Positions 48,335 through 62,508 of a stretch of DNA of 64,000 nt are shown in pieces (position 1 is the first letter of the stretch; each line of letters opens with the position of its first letter). This DNA is from Tubiluchus corallicola (taxonomy: Eukaryota; Animalia; Priapulida). The translations under genes and the position numbers were made by a program. Location: contig JAQGDQ010000205.1 in the NCBI GenBank assembly GCA_030141605.1, forward strand, positions 124,001-188,000, read 5' to 3'. Below the pieces are notes generated by a model. That model was not told where the DNA came from. It saw nothing but the letters and a program-made list of their open reading frames with translations, and did not search any database.

Positions 48335-48460
48335 CTGGACTCTGGACTAAAGAAGAAGTAAAGCATGCGGCAAAGTCATTGAAAAACAACGAAAGCCCGG
48401 GTGCTGATGAATTAAATGCTGAGTTAGTCAAGTATGGATCAGATAATGTATATGCAGAAA
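48335..48460 (+). mobile_element. LINE ORF2 fragment
   Basis: TKEEVKHAAKSLKNNESPGADELNAELVKYG matches the pre-RT LKxxKxPGxDxxxxELxK motif. Confidence 0.7.
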
Positions 48461-48728
48461 TGCATATATATTATATTCAAATGTTAACATATTTAGATTT
48501 TGCCCAGAAATATTTAAACACTTCAGCATTGATCCTTAGAAATAAATCCACTTGGGGCATTGCGGCGAGTAGGGAGTCCTGGCATAGGGAGGTGAGCAGA
48601 ATCATGTCCCTGGACGTATGATTCATTGGATGATAACTCTGTGTGTAAAATTAGAAAACTTATAATTTCAAAAGCACCGATAATACTAGTATTAAACTAT
48701 TATTATTAATAGTGAGGCAGCCAGTTAC

Positions 48729-49343
48729 TAGGGCTGCAACAATAAACCTAGGTCATTGTGTGGTATGTAGCATGACACTAACCTCATGGTACACCTGTGT
48801 TAATGTTTGCAGCTTTATAAAAAACTAGATCGTAGATGAGGCAGTTAATGAATGCTAAGCATACCTATCAATCAACAGTTTTAGGATTGCTAAAATAACT
48901 CGACAAAACATTTGATTTTATTTATTACTTGTGTAATGTGTAGGCTATTGTTTGCATAGTAAGCCACCAGATAAGCAAAATGTAAATTAGTACTTTAGAG
49001 TTTAGGTTTAAAAGTTGCTTCTGTATTTTCTGGTTTACATTTGTGATTTCACAAATTTTTGTGCAAACAACATAATTAGCCTCCTACAGATCAACCATTT
49101 TGGCTGTTAGCAGCGCCTGTGGCAAGTCAACTTCTGCTGTTGTACACTGATTGAGAGATATCTACAGTACATTCCACAGCTGCAGCTTGAATCACTCGAA
49201 ATCGTTTTTATAAGCATACGGTCAAGTTCATGCTTTTTTGCTCAATATCACTGACGCAGTTTATCACAATGCGTGTGCACTTTGGTAATGTGCATCTCGT
49301 AATAAAAGAAATCACGATGCAGCGATGAATTGTTACAGGCCTA
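48729..49343. mobile_element. hAT-like MITE (TAGGG-type ends)
   Basis: TAGGGCTGCAACAAT ... ATTGTTACAGGCCTA inverted ends; TSD poorly preserved. Confidence 0.5.
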
Positions 49344-49697
49344 GCAGCACTTGACAATATATTCAGATTAGCTTGTTGCATCAAAGCACCATCTACGTTT
49401 GAAAATTTTAGATATCACAACACAGTGCCAGTGAATGCATTGTTCTACGTTTGCTTTCCTTGCCTGTTTTTATCATCAATTGTTTTTGGTAATAACTGTA
49501 CAACTGGCCATAGAATGTCAATACAAAATGCAACGTAGTGGGCTTTTGTTCACAACTTTTATGTACATCTTGCCAGATCTGTCTCATAGTTTTGTTTGAC
49601 ATAGTAAGAAATTGACTTTCATGTAAATTTGTCATTTCATTTTATTTCCTTTTAGATTTGTTATTTCATTTGTGTTGACACCTGCTGAAATTTTAAA

Positions 49698-52600
49698 ATG
49701 CTATTGCGTTGGGGAATTGTTGGAGCAGGAGCCATTTCTCATGACTTTGTTGTGGCACTTCACACCCTACCTGCCACTGAACATCAGGTACAATAATTAT
49801 CACCTGTTACATAAATAAAATAATGCTGATATCTTCACCTGTCCATTGTGTTAAGTCAAGTTATATGTTTCAAAATTTCATATAAGATAGCAAAAATATG
49901 ATTTTATGATTAAGTTGGCTAAAAGACGGGAATTTCTGCATATTCTGGAATTTGTGAATTGCTGATATATATATATATATATTTCGTCACATGGTCATTT
50001 TGTTTACATACAATTAATAGTTTTTTCTTTAAATGATTATGAGTCTGATTTATGCCAGGGATAATAATAAAATATGTTATGAAAATTTTTGCTCGATTTG
50101 TATAATTTACATAATTGTTTTGCTTTAAATTAAAAAGTATATATTATAAATGGTTTACGGTCATGTTGTTACATTTATTAAGTATGTGAAGTATATGTAT
50201 TAGGCGCACGCCGCTTAATAGATTCAGCAAGGCCTCATATGGTCCTATTCAAATGTACATAAAAACTGTCTGTAATTGACTCAAATACCTCCGCATAATT
50301 GACTCAATATTTTTCCTTCAAATATTTAAAGTATGACATGTGTATGGTGCACAAAAGTGTATTTTTTGCTTTTATGTCATCTTTACTTCAGCTTTGTACA
50401 CTGTAATATATGCAGAAACAATCATGTGAAGTACCGTTTTGTTTGTAAGCAGGTACGTTTATTGTGCGCTAATACACTAGCGTAGCAGTTTTGCTTTGAA
50501 TCTGTTACCCACTCGTCCACTGCAATTACCTCGTTACCCAAAAATTTCTGAAAACTAAACATTTAAGTCTGTTAATGCAAAGTCTATTGAGTGGCACCTA
50601 CCATATAATGTAATGTTATTGTCTTTTATAGCCAATTCATAAGAGTAATTTTTTGTAGGTCAGCTGTGTAGCAGCCAGAAGCTTAGATCGAGCCAAGATG
50701 TTTGCCAAGAAGCACAACATTGATTGTGCATATGGTTCTTATGCAGAACTAGCAAATGATGGAAGTGTTGGTATGTGATAATGTGAGGACTAACCAGTAA
50801 ATCTTTACAACAACTTTGACTTTTACATGAAAAACACATTATCAATTACAGTAAGTCCTCGCTTAGCGACTCCCTGTTTAGTAACGTTTCTTTTTAATGA
50901 CGCTGATCTTTTGACACATTTTTTCCACTTAACGACGCACGTTTCACATAGGCGACAATTTTTTTACTTTGCCCAAGGCATATTTTTATTTGATCAACAA
51001 AATTTTTATGTAGATTGATACATTAAAACAGCACACATTGCATTGTTCTGTTCTAAAAATGCACTAATAATGTAAACAGTGCAATTATTATACATGGTTT
51101 TGCTTCCCGACTTACTACTGACGCCTATATTACTAACGGTTTGTATCAACTATCAAGTGACCAGCGAGCTCTTGCTATAGCAACCAGACTAAGTATGTAG
51201 GTAAAATTCCCAAGGTCGCCCGCATGGCTTGGTTTTGACTCTGCAGTGTTTATTTTTTAACTGCTGACTAGGCTTAGATGTTAACGAAAGCAAAACCGCT
51301 ATAGCTACGTAAGTAGATATATGAATAAAACTCATAAAATGTTTAATTTATATGATTTAAGCAGTATTGATTTTTGTTTCTGGAACGTATCTTAGTTCCC
51401 TTACTTTCTATGGAAGCTTGGTTTCGTTTAACGACATTTCACTTAACATTGAATTTTGCTGGAACGCATGAACATTGTTAAGCGAGGACTTACTGTAATT
51501 TGTAGGTTGTGCAATAAATTAGTTTTATGAGTTCTTAATGTCATCTATCTCTAGTAGAAGTGACAGGTATAGTAAGTGTAAGAGTATTACCTAAGCTTCC
51601 AGGTTTCCATGCTTCCAGTTGCAGTTGCATTTGCATTCTCACATAACTCTTACTTGCATACCTTGATATTGTGCTTTTTGTGGACAGAAATAATAAATTA
51701 AATATTTGGATGATATTTAATAGTAAGCACAATATGTTATCAGCTTATTTGTACTAAAACACATGGATTGCATTCAGAGGTTGTCTTAGCAGTAACACTG
51801 TATAAAACTTCTAATTTAAGTAGTATAATTTTGTTATGACCATTTGTGAGCATAAAACTTTTGTAACTTAATTTTTCAAACAGGTGCTGATACTGATCAT
51901 AAATACAAAATGTTCATGCTTTTCAGATGTTATATACATTGGTGTCATAACATCAGAACATTACGAACTCTGCAAGCTTTTTCTAAATGCCGGAAAGCAT
52001 GTGCTTTGTGAAAAACCATTGACATTGTTCTACCAGCAAACCCGACAGCTTATAGCTCTTGCTAGAAAAGGGCAGCTCTTTTTTATGGAAGGTGCCTGGA
52101 GCAGATTTTTTCCTATTTATCAGGAAGTCAGGAGTGCCATAGACAACGGTACAGTGGGTGATGTTGTAACTGTTAGTGTGACATTTTCTGTAGACCTGCG
52201 AAACGTGGAACGACTGCAGAAGAAAGCACTTGGTGGTGGTGCAACGTTCGATATTGGCGTCTATGCTATACAGTTTGCAAATTGGGTGATGAATGAATAT
52301 CCTTATAAAATTGTAGCTGCTGGAACATTAAATAGTGATGGTAAGTAATCACCCGTGAGAAGTAAGAGTTATTTTACACATTTGTTTATTAATAAAGCAT
52401 ATTAAATACATTTGTTGCATATTAAAAGCCCTCCATGCGGCTTTAGACCCATCAAACAATGACTGACTTCCAAGGGCCATGCACATGCTCAGGCTTATGC
52501 CACTGCATGAAGCCGAACTGATAAACGTGCAGTGAGGACTAGGGCAAGGAGAAAGCGAAGTAGTCATGGACCTCATGGTATGCTCACATCTGGATCATTA

Positions 52601-54310
52601 GTGGTGGGTGACCCCAACTACTGATGACGTCACAAATAAACACAAATTTCAACAGCACAAATATTTCATGAGTGTGTCGAACGTGTTTGCGAAAATGAAA
52701 ATTGAACTACAGTGCTTCAGTGTGTTGTAATAAAACTTGGCAAGTTTTAAGGGTCCTGTTTTCCTTTAAGGCGATTTGTATGTAAAATTTTTGCAATACT
52801 TGATTAAAGGCTTACTGCTGCACAGCATGCGCTAAGGTTACTACATTATAGAAAAAATAAGGGTCTGTTCAGGATTTCATCTCGGTTGTCGTGCTTCTAC
52901 ACAGAGCACTCTTCTAGCAATCTCTGTCTTGAATGGGTGTGGACAGGATGTACACATGGCTGCGTTTTGAATATAGTTATTGTATTTTCCAAAATTTTAG
53001 GTGTTGATGAATCGGTTGGTGTTACACTGCTATACAGTAAGAATCGGATTGCTAATTTACGTTACACCATGGCTGTAAAAGAGGAATGCTCTGCATTTAT
53101 ATGTGGCACTGATGGTGCTATGAAGGTAATCTTAGCGAAAACATTTAATTTCTTCTACTGGCAAATCATTTTGACTTCCAGATATCGTGATTAATTTTGT
53201 TTATGCCTGTTCTTAAATTACAAGTTAAAGTTACTTGTAGAGTTTTGCATTAGCCAGCATTTTTTTCGTAGATTTGAGCATGAGTGCTTGTATAAAGCTA
53301 TTGTATAAATGTTTTTATAGGATCTGTGGTTCAAGTTACAGTCTGTACTTTTCAAAATCCGTAACTAAGAGCCAACTTCTCAGTTTTTCTGCAATCCAAT
53401 TTTTTGCGATACTCTAATGGAGATGATGGAGTAATAACCTGGAAATTCCTTTTTCCAACAGGTGCTACCATTTTGGTGTCCGACGCACCTTGAAATCTTT
53501 CCAAAAGAGTCGCTTGGTGTTATTCAAGGTAAACCGGCTCGGGTAATCAAAACTGACTTGCCGAAACCTGATTTACCTTTCAACTTTTTAAATAGTGGTG
53601 GGCTTGTGTTCGAAGCAGAGGAAGTTAGACGTTGCATAATGGAAGGTAAGTTGTATGTTCAGCTGACAAAAAGAGAAAACAGTTTAAGTTGTTTTCAAAC
53701 ACAGTGAAACGGTCATGATAAACCAAATGCTTATTCAGAGTAAAAAGACTCCATTTAAGTCTTTGTATACCAAAGTTTCTGCATAATAAAATAATATAAT
53801 GTAATGTAATGTAATGTAATGTAATGTAATGTAATATAAGATAATAAACACAGTGAAACAGTCATGATAAATCCAATGCATATTCAAAGTAAAAGGACTC
53901 CACTTAAGTTGTATGCCAAAGTTTCTGCATAATAATATAATATAATATGTAATATAACATAATATAATATATTTGTGATGACCTAATTGATATTAATTAT
54001 GAAGAAATACCATGACTTTTGATCTCCGAGACTGAGTTTTTTACTACAGCAGTGTTGGCTAAGCAAGCCTTGCAGGTTTATTTCGAACTTACCTTCTCTA
54101 AAATTATCCTGTTTACCTCGAGCTATTGTTTTTGTAGCTTGAACTTGGATGTACATTGTATGTTATATATTGCATAATTACGTATTCTAAGGTCTCCTGG
54201 AAAGCCGTAAAATGACACATGCTGATTCTGAAAACATTGCCAAAATAATGGATGAAGTTCTTCAAGCTGTTGGAGTGAACTATAGCAAAGATGACTCGCA
54301 AGGAAATTAG
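49698..54310 (+). CDS. DHDH: Trans-1,2-dihydrobenzene-1,2-diol dehydrogenase-like (Gfo/Idh/MocA family)
   Basis: Exons 49698-49787, 50659-50770, 51927-52340, 53001-53125, 53462-53645, 54192-54310. [91 protein letters not shown]. Confidence 0.92.
50849..51495. mobile_element. Tigger/pogo-like MITE
   Basis: Perfect 17-bp TIRs CAGTAAGTCCTCGCTTA / TAAGCGAGGACTTACTG with TA duplication. Confidence 0.9.
52622..52751 (+). repeat. Dispersed repeat, copy 2
   Basis: Homologous to 14092-14233. Confidence 0.75.
53697..53970. repeat. ~90-bp direct duplication with (TAATG/TAATA)n spacers
   Basis: AAACACAGTGAAAC.GTCATGATAAA..GACTCCA.TTAAGT..CCAAAGTTTCTGCATAATAA at 53697 and 53846. Confidence 0.85.
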
Positions 54311-56293
54311 GTTTGTGAATCTTGTCAGTCAAGGCTGTGAGCCTACTATTTTTTATGACATCTTGTTATTATAATTTTCCGTGCAATGAAAACTTTGCAT
54401 TTTAATCGATTATTAAAACTTTACGGTCTTGCAAAAAGCAGAGTGGTTTATTTCCAAATTGTGTCTTTGGATAGAATTATGTCCTAGTTGTTAAGAAAAC
54501 ATGTTACCAAAGTACAACATTGAATACAGCTCAATTCATTTGATTGTAAAATTGGTATTGCTTTACTGATTTACTATAATTGCTGTCATTACAAGTTAAA
54601 TTTTAATGCTTTCTTTATATTTTGTATTTTTCTTCATTGTTAATGATGTTTAGATGTGTAGCAGTGTTAATTTTTAATACATGTAATAATTAGACACAAA
54701 TGAAATAGAAATTGTCACATGATGCTATAATTTAGTTCTATACAAAGCCCTTTAATAAAGCATACAGAGAGAGAGGGGGGGGAGGGGTCAAGGCCCATAG
54801 GCAGAAGTGACTATTATTGTCAAGGAGGGAGGTGTACTGAAAGGCCTACGTAGACAAACTCCTTTATTTTGGTGACTTAAGTCAAAATGTGCTTAAAAAC
54901 TTTGCAAATGTAAAGAACTATTATATTTAGAGCTTGATGAACAGTTTATTGTTGCTGTGTAGATGAGTGCAGGGATTTTGTCACTTCGGCTTAGCGACAA
55001 AATAATTTAACTGTTGTATTTTTAAAATTGTTTTTTACTGTTTTTCCTGCCTCTTTCCTGTGAGCGATGTACAAAAGTTACATCACACTATCGTGAACCT
55101 GTTCTCTGCATTTAGTCGAAATAAGAAGCAAACATTTTTCCCTTTTATGACCTGAGGTCGTACACATGTCACATGCCTTCTTTGTTTGTCTTATGAAACT
55201 GTCTTGTAATTAATTATTTCAAGAGTAATGGCTACATCATTAGAATTAGTGCCAAGTTCTCTGTCTTTTTATGAGCTTTTGTACAATAATAATGGAAAGT
55301 TTATGTATTTTGTGAATATTTTTGTACTGTTCAAGGTTGAGTTTGTATGTCACTAGACAAAAAGATAAATTTAGCTAGTCTGATTTTATTTTGCTACCAA
55401 TTATTTGGGTATTTTTATTGTTTGTTTTATCATTATAAAGTACAAAGAATTATTTTTTATTAAATCAAGTAAAAAGTTGTAATGTTCTATGTTTTTATTA
55501 TGTGATACCAATTAGTCTTGACGTTGTAATGTATGTCTTGATCTTATTTGTATTTGTACTGTTTGAAGACTTATAGAATTTTTAAGAAAAGGAATAGTAC
55601 CTAAAGTGAATAATAACTGTTACTGCAAATACAGTTTCTAACTTATTTTTTTTAATTTGGTTAATCTAATTTCCTGCATCTCTAGCCTTTATCATCTTTG
55701 ACACTTTTCTATCAAATTGATAAGTAGGCACGCGTGATACTTGTGATTAACGTAAAAACTGCTTGTACAAATGAAGAAGAGGAAATAGAGGTGAAAGAAA
55801 AAAGCCGAAAATTCAGTTACAAAATTGAGTGTGGAAATGTTAGCATGATGAAGTTTTATTTCGTACATAATTTAATTGAATCATTCGGCAGAAAATTAAT
55901 CAAACAAAAAATAAAAAACATTAAATACTGAGTGAATAAATTTAATTTAATCTTAAGTGCAGGTACAGAAAGCTGATTATATTCTACAGTGCTTACTGAT
56001 TATATTGTTCAATAACATGGCATTTGTATGTGAAATGCCCTTTAGTATATATTATCTCATCTGCTGCACAATTTGCCGCTATATTATGATTTGCAGCAGA
56101 GGTTGATCACATTACAATAGTAGTAGTAGTAGTAGTAGTAGTAAATCTCCAGTAGTTATAATATAACTTTTGAGACAAATAGTTCTTCGACTGTAATTGC
56201 GACAAATAAATAATGTATCTTTAGTCGGCGAAGATATCGGGAGCCATATTCCAGCTTTGCATAGTCCATACGTGGCTGTTAATTTTTGGCAAA

Positions 56294-59200
56294 TTACATC
56301 TGGGCAACATTAGCTTGTCCTTGTTGTACTGGTAGGTAAAGTTTGTATTCGGCTGGTAGCTCTTCCTCCGAATACAGTCTGTCTGAGAAGTAGACTCTCC
56401 TAATCCTGCAGTTTGCATGAATCTGTAATGCAGACGTTTGGCAATTCAGGAAACCTCTCTGTTTGAAAATGAAATCTACATGCTGTATCTGTAATAACTA
56501 CACAGAGAGGGTTAGTATTGTAGCTGACCATTGCCAAAAATGTAGCCCTACATAACTCCTTCCATTATAAATTTATCTCATACGGATTTGTCATCCATTG
56601 GCAAGTTTGCAATGCCAATATCTTTTCACATTGACAATCAATATTGTTTATCTAGCAAATAATGCCTTCAATAGTTTCTCTAAGGGCACCAGAGAGGACT
56701 TTAGGCTTGCATTTCTTACAATACAAATAACAAGTGGAAGCTGATCGGTTTTTCATGCTCGAGCCAAAATCCGTTGATCAGAGCAGTCAACTAGCCCATA
56801 TACCAAGCGCACTCAAGAACTGTACGCAGTGGAACTTTGAATTATTATTATTAACATCACTTTATTTTGAATATAAGTATTTCATTAAAAAGTGTTATAT
56901 ATCTTGACTCTTTGGTCATTTGTTAAGGCGGTTTGTACAATCTCTCTATCAGTTCCTGATTTCTGACAGTTGTTTTTTGTTGCTGCTGAACTTTCCTAGT
57001 TGTAAACCGCTTTAATTCCAATATTTTTCATGTCTTTTAACTGTGTAATTCTTAAGATTGTTTTCCTGTTAACTTAACTAGAAATTCGCGTACTTCAAAA
57101 AGAATGTCCCATTTCGCTCACCTCCCTAGCAAATCTGTGAAAAGCTTCTTACTTTCTGAACCTGTGTATTCATGTTTATACATGTCTTGAGCTATTGTTC
57201 TTGTGGGTGATCTATTAACATTATAAGAGCTTAGTGAGTCCTTTTGCAGACATACGGATATTTAGGACGTTTGGACGATAGATACTTAAGGCGCGAGATG
57301 TTTTGGCGCCAGCGCAAGTAAATGTTCAAAGTAACTAGTCACGCAAGTATTTATCTTAGTTACATTTTTGCGCTACAAATCATGCAGCTTAATGCGCTAA
57401 AATTATCGTGGAAACCTCGCCAATTGCCTGATTACCACGTAACTTTTAAAAATCATTTAAAGTTTTTGCAACAAAAGAAATGATTATTTTCGTGATTACG
57501 GTCGTGTAAAGCTGGAAACAACTACAATATTGTATTATAACCTGTAGCGGATAGCCCTATAGGCTGAATAGGCTGAAGCCTAAGGCCCGGGATCAAAAGG
57601 GGCCCGGCAAAATAATCGCTGTAATCGTGTTTATATAGTCCTAGTCCACAACTCAAGGATCAAGAAGATATAATTTTTATCACAATCGGTGGATAAAAAC
57701 TCACAAAATTAAACAAACTTACAAACGACGAGAGCTCCACAAAAAAGAAGATATAATTTTTATCACAATCGGTGGGCAAAAACTCACAAAATTAAACAAA
57801 CTTACAAACGACGAGAGCTCCACAAAAACACGTCAGCTCAGCAACGTAGCAACATTTAAAAGGCCCGTTCCAAGCTTATAACTCACTTAGTGCGTGTAAA
57901 AGCACTGCCATTGTACGCATAATATTATCATGCATTACATTTCGTAAGAGTTACAGCAAAATGCGCACAGTTATTGTTGATGTTGATATTGATAAACGTA
58001 CATCATTTAACCGATTTACATTATCATTCTAGCTAGTCATGTTGGAGTTGATAACTACTTATAAGCAAATAAACTAAACGACGCATTCTAGGTCAGTTTC
58101 TGTATCTACACACAATGTTTCGACACTTGTAAGAGTAGAACAATTAGACATGTGCAGTGTCGCTTTAGAATCCTCATCGGAGGTAGCCTCAATGACGAAC
58201 AGCAATTTAACTTCTGGTTAACCCTGGCGAAATCATTTCCATTCGTCACAAGAAACGAGAATAGCAGTTGGTAAATTTGTATAAAAACTGAAGAACAGTT
58301 CCACAACAATTAACATTTTTTTATAGTTTCGGAGAAGTTCCATAGGCTGATAGATCAATCCCGCCGATCTCTATTGTGAATTTATGGTAGTTTATGTAAT
58401 GAAGAGATTAAAAAATTACTTGTGGTTTATAAGAAACACCATTAACCTAGTTTCTACATGGTCATTATTAATTACATATCTTTATGTTCAAGCAGGCTGA
58501 GCAACAGCTTGTGTTGTAATACCTTACACCTATTCGTTATGTGGCATTTATATAAAAGCTACACTCACTAACTGTGATGTGTTATAAAATGAAAATACAC
58601 GAATATGAAAGTATACACACTTTCCTAGGACAATAAGAATTTTTTGTAAAATGTGACGTCCCTCAAACTTTGGTGACAAGGCTATAGCCTAGTTAGCCTA
58701 TTGGGTGATACGCACCTCCTGTGTGAAACCCTTAATCCGCCGCTGAGTGTCTCGTTACGAGACCACGGGAAATTCGGGAATTAAGACCATCTAGACTGCT
58801 TTAATTGACAGCCCAAATGCCACGGCGCTCACTCATCGAGTATAATGAGAACTTCCCAAATCTTCCCGTCCTAAGTATGACTTTACGTAAGTATTTAAGA
58901 GTCAGTCACATACCCAATCCAGTGGTGGTTGCACCAATCATAATTCTTGTCGTCACGCTTGTATATAAGCTACTCTTTTTACATCTTATTAAAAAACAGC
59001 ATCGTTATTATTTATATCGTTAGGGTTATGTTACCTATGTTGGAATTATGAGTTCACTCGCATCACTACACAGGCACGTACGTTGATTCATTTAAAAAAA
59101 ACAATCGGGGATTTATTCTCCCTGCCTATTATGCTACACGACACCGACAATACACACAGTATTCTCTCTAGGCCTACTTATCTATTTGGTGTTTACGCTA

Positions 59201-60494
59201 TACATGCATACCTGTACACGTAAGGTTTCTACGTAGCCTGAACCGTACGCCCTCCTCGTGAAATCAGATAAATTAAACTGAATCTGATTCCATCCATCGT
59301 CTAACCTCATAGGCATTGTACAAATAAATGGTTTCACTCGAGTGACGCTTTGATAATTGCTCGCTCGGAATCGTCTCCTCACGTTCTTATCATCCAACAC
59401 CTGTAATAAGATTTTTAACATTCGGCAATCATTGCTATGGTCGTGGGATATTGTCACCACTCAGATGTGAAAAGGGCCTATAAATTCTTTGTATTTGTAC
59501 ATTCTTTGATGCTTGTTTAAAATGGAGACGTATAATGCAGTGTAGTGAAATGAAGTGCAGTACAGTACAGTACAGCACAGCACAGTAATGTATAGTAAAG
59601 TATAGTATAATGTAGTGTAGTGTAGTGTTGCGTAGCATAGCGTAGCGTAGCGTAGCGTAGCGTAGTGTAGCGTAGCGTAGTATAGCACAGCATGGTATGG
59701 TATGGTATGGTATGGTATGGTATGGTATGGTATGGTATGGTATGGTATGGTATGGTGTGGTATGGTATGGTATGGTGTGGTGTGGTATGGTATGGTATGG
59801 TATGGCATGGCATGGTATGGTATGGTATGATATGGTATGGTATGTTATAGCATAGCATAGTATTGTATAGCATAGCATTTCGTAGCATAGTAACACCTAT
59901 GTAAAAATGCTACGAAATTCACCATCATTATAAATAGTGCCCAGAAAATTAAACGACGTTTTTGAAGTGTTTACATACCTGTACTTCGAAAGTGAAGTAC
60001 TTTTTCAGGTTTTTCATGATCATAACCAGAAATGGAAGCTTAATTCCCAGAGTTTTCTTTGGGTCAGCTGGGCACGTTATATAAGTTGTGCTGAAAGAAA
60101 ACATTGGTTTAGAAATCAGCTTCCAATAATTGTGAGAATTATCACAACAAAAGGTGTAATGCTTGTTAAATTCTTTTCAAATTGTAGAGTGTTAGTTGAT
60201 GTTATCGCTGACTACAGGACATTTCAGCAAGTCTACACAAGTGCAACTGTGTCGAAATCTTAAATCTTGGCAAAAAGCACGGTGGTAATATGTATATACG
60301 TACCTCACATTAGTTCCCATAATTTCCAAGACAAGCGATTGTATATCATTATCGGTTATCCTCTTTATGTGACCATTGCGAACCTGCATTTGCAAAACTT
60401 CCGTCAGACACATGTTAAAGAGTAGGGCCTATGATTAGCCGTCTCTCTCTGTATCTCTCTCTCTCTCTCTCTCTCTCACGCACACACGCACGCA

Positions 60495-60526
<32 letters not shown>

Positions 60527-60736
60527 CACACTTTCTTTCTCTCTCTTTCATGCTCCTCTTTATTTCTCCCTCTGCTGTGTTTACTTATCGCAACCTAAAG
60601 ATCAAAGCTGACTTTTACGTTAGATGTCGCATATTACGTTATATATTCACACCTTTTTGTCCCATATTTGAAGAGGTTTGCTTCCAATGCTGTATAATAT
60701 CGAGAGAAACCCGCTTTGATAAGAATTCTTAAACAT
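56294..60736 (-). CDS. CFAP20: Cilia- and flagella-associated protein 20 (BUG22/C16orf80)
   Basis: Exons 60736-60653, 60383-60304, 60090-59979, 59400-59212, 56422-56294 give [44 protein letters not shown]...[11 protein letters not shown]...[33 protein letters not shown]. Confidence 0.97.
57542..58718. mobile_element. Non-autonomous DNA transposon (hAT-like) in CFAP20 intron
   Basis: ~40-bp imperfect TIRs (GCGGATAGCCCTATAGGCTGAATAGGCTGAAGCCT vs reverse complement GCGTATCACCCAATAGGCTAACTAGGCTATAGCCT); internal 2 x 83-bp direct repeat at 57662-57827. Confidence 0.65.
59541..59890. repeat. Compound pentanucleotide array (TGTAG/CGTAG/TATGG/CATAG)
   Basis: Directly visible; explains the PYHTI/YATLR ORFs. 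Confidence 0.95.
60442..60546. repeat. (CT)n(CACG)n(CA)n compound microsatellite
   Basis: Directly visible in CFAP20 intron 1. Confidence 0.95.
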
Positions 60737-60906
60737 TGCTCGAATTTAAAAGTTTCGCTGCGCTTAAAACACCTTTTTACTTTTCCTTCACAATTTTCTT
60801 TCTGTTTAATGCACACAAATCTGCCGGCTCAGATATACAAGCTGAATGCCGCAAAGGTTTTTGTGCAAGTAAATTTTTCATGATTGCAACTGATTGTTTA
60901 CAACCT

Positions 60907-60919
60907 GTTGCAAGGCAAC
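60907..60919. promoter_or_regulatory. RFX X-box upstream of CFAP20
   Basis: GTTGCAAGGCAAC, a near-palindromic X-box ~170 bp upstream of the CFAP20 ATG, as is typical for ciliary genes. Confidence 0.7.
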
Positions 60920-62353
60920 TCTGTATGTATAGCACTGATTGCTAATTAGATTAGGAAATAGGGAGTGATTTTTCCGCCTGGCTAATGAAGCCAGTTCAGA
61001 ATCATCATTACGTGTGATCTCCGTTTATAGATCACTGGCTTATAATGAAAACCTACATGACGAATGTTATTTTCTCGATCTCCTAATGTTTTCGTACATG
61101 TTATTTTGCGGTCTACTACAGTCTACGTTTTTCTTTGCGTAATCTCGAGCGGAAAACCTACCTCGCGAAAAATGAAAACTTTTAATAACGAGATATGCGC
61201 ATGAATTATGATATCAAAGTTTGCATCGGTTGGTCCTTTCAGCTTTCGGACATAAAAAATGTCGCACCTTTTAGGATTTGATTGTAGAGGTGAACTTATC
61301 GGAGGAAAGCTCACGGCAGTTATTAGCAGGGCTGGATCTCTCTATTAGTCATTAACAGTTAGTCAGGTACCAAACCAGCAAGTTTACCAAACCAGCGAGT
61401 TGGGCAGATATCAGGTTATTTAGGCGAGAGCAAGCAACACTTTTAATAGGGACATTTAGTGCGTAACTAGGTCTTCACCTGGCGCCAAATTTTGAGAGGC
61501 GCTAGATTCAGAGATTCTATGTTAAAGAATTCTCCTCTTTGGAAAATGCGTATTCTTTCATATTCATATAAAATGCCTATTTTATAACACACCACAAGCA
61601 GTTACTCTATTTCGTGAGTATAAGAATCCTACAAAAACCGAGTATACTTATTACATAAACAATACCACACCACAAGCAGTTGCACCGTCTAATTATACAC
61701 AAAGTATGCATTACAAAGAGCATAACGCTATGCATAATTAACAATATCCATGTAGGTAGCAGCGACGATTTTTGTGTTTCCAATTATAAATAAGTAAGTA
61801 ATTGTGTTTTGTACTTCATAATAATAAATTATCAAATTCCTAATAGAAATGGGCTGAACGGAAAGCCCAGGGCGCGTAATGTCTTGATACCGCCTGCAGG
61901 CCGTATTCACCTGGCTATTCGTATTTTGATAAGACTGGGTTTGGCGATTATTATAGCGGTAGTAACTGCAGCACTGCACGCAATAGTACTTCGTTAATGC
62001 TGTGTGATTATCATAGAAAATTGTTAAGGTTAAGCTTTTTCCGAGAGTTAAGCTTACCTAATTGTTTTTTGCTTTTAAAGCACGGGGTTTGTGCCGCTTA
62101 TCGCAGATTATCACCGTTTCCCAAACGATTTGCACGTACGCTTACAACAACCATAATCAGGCAAATAAATTTTGGCTTGTTTCTGCTTTTCTAGCTGCCT
62201 TGCAAGTGGCGGTCCCTATGTTTGACTTTCGTCACGTTGTATCAGTTGTTTACAAACATTCTTACCCTCACTTTCTGATTGATACAGTATTTAACTTTTG
62301 TCTAATGTTGATCCCCTTGTGCATCAAAGTGGGCACGATTGCCTTACTACTTT

Positions 62354-62508
62354 ATGGGCAGCCGAATATCTCGAAGAATTAGGAGAAATATGAACGACAA
62401 TGACGAAGAAGATGGTAATGAACGAAGGCCACAGCAGGCTTTTGGCGATGATCTGGGGGATGACGAACCAATGGATCTGGCCACAGTACTTCGATATCTG
62501 ATACAAAG
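62354..62508 (+). CDS. DCAF11: DDB1- and CUL4-associated factor 11 (WDR23), first coding exon; rest apparently outside window
   Basis: MGSRISRR..NDNDEEDG..DDEPMDLATVLRYLIQ then AG|gtaata. It resembles the recalled vertebrate DCAF11 N-terminus (MGSRNSS..acidic..VDLAQVLAYLLRRGQV). Not in the ORF track. Confidence 0.72.

Noticed and set aside
53976-54034. C/D box snoRNA (GTGATGA...CTGA) in a DHDH intron
   Set aside because: No terminal stem or recognisable rRNA-complementary guide; likely chance.
59435-59896. PYHTI/YATLR-repeat ORFs
   Set aside because: Pentanucleotide microsatellite translations.
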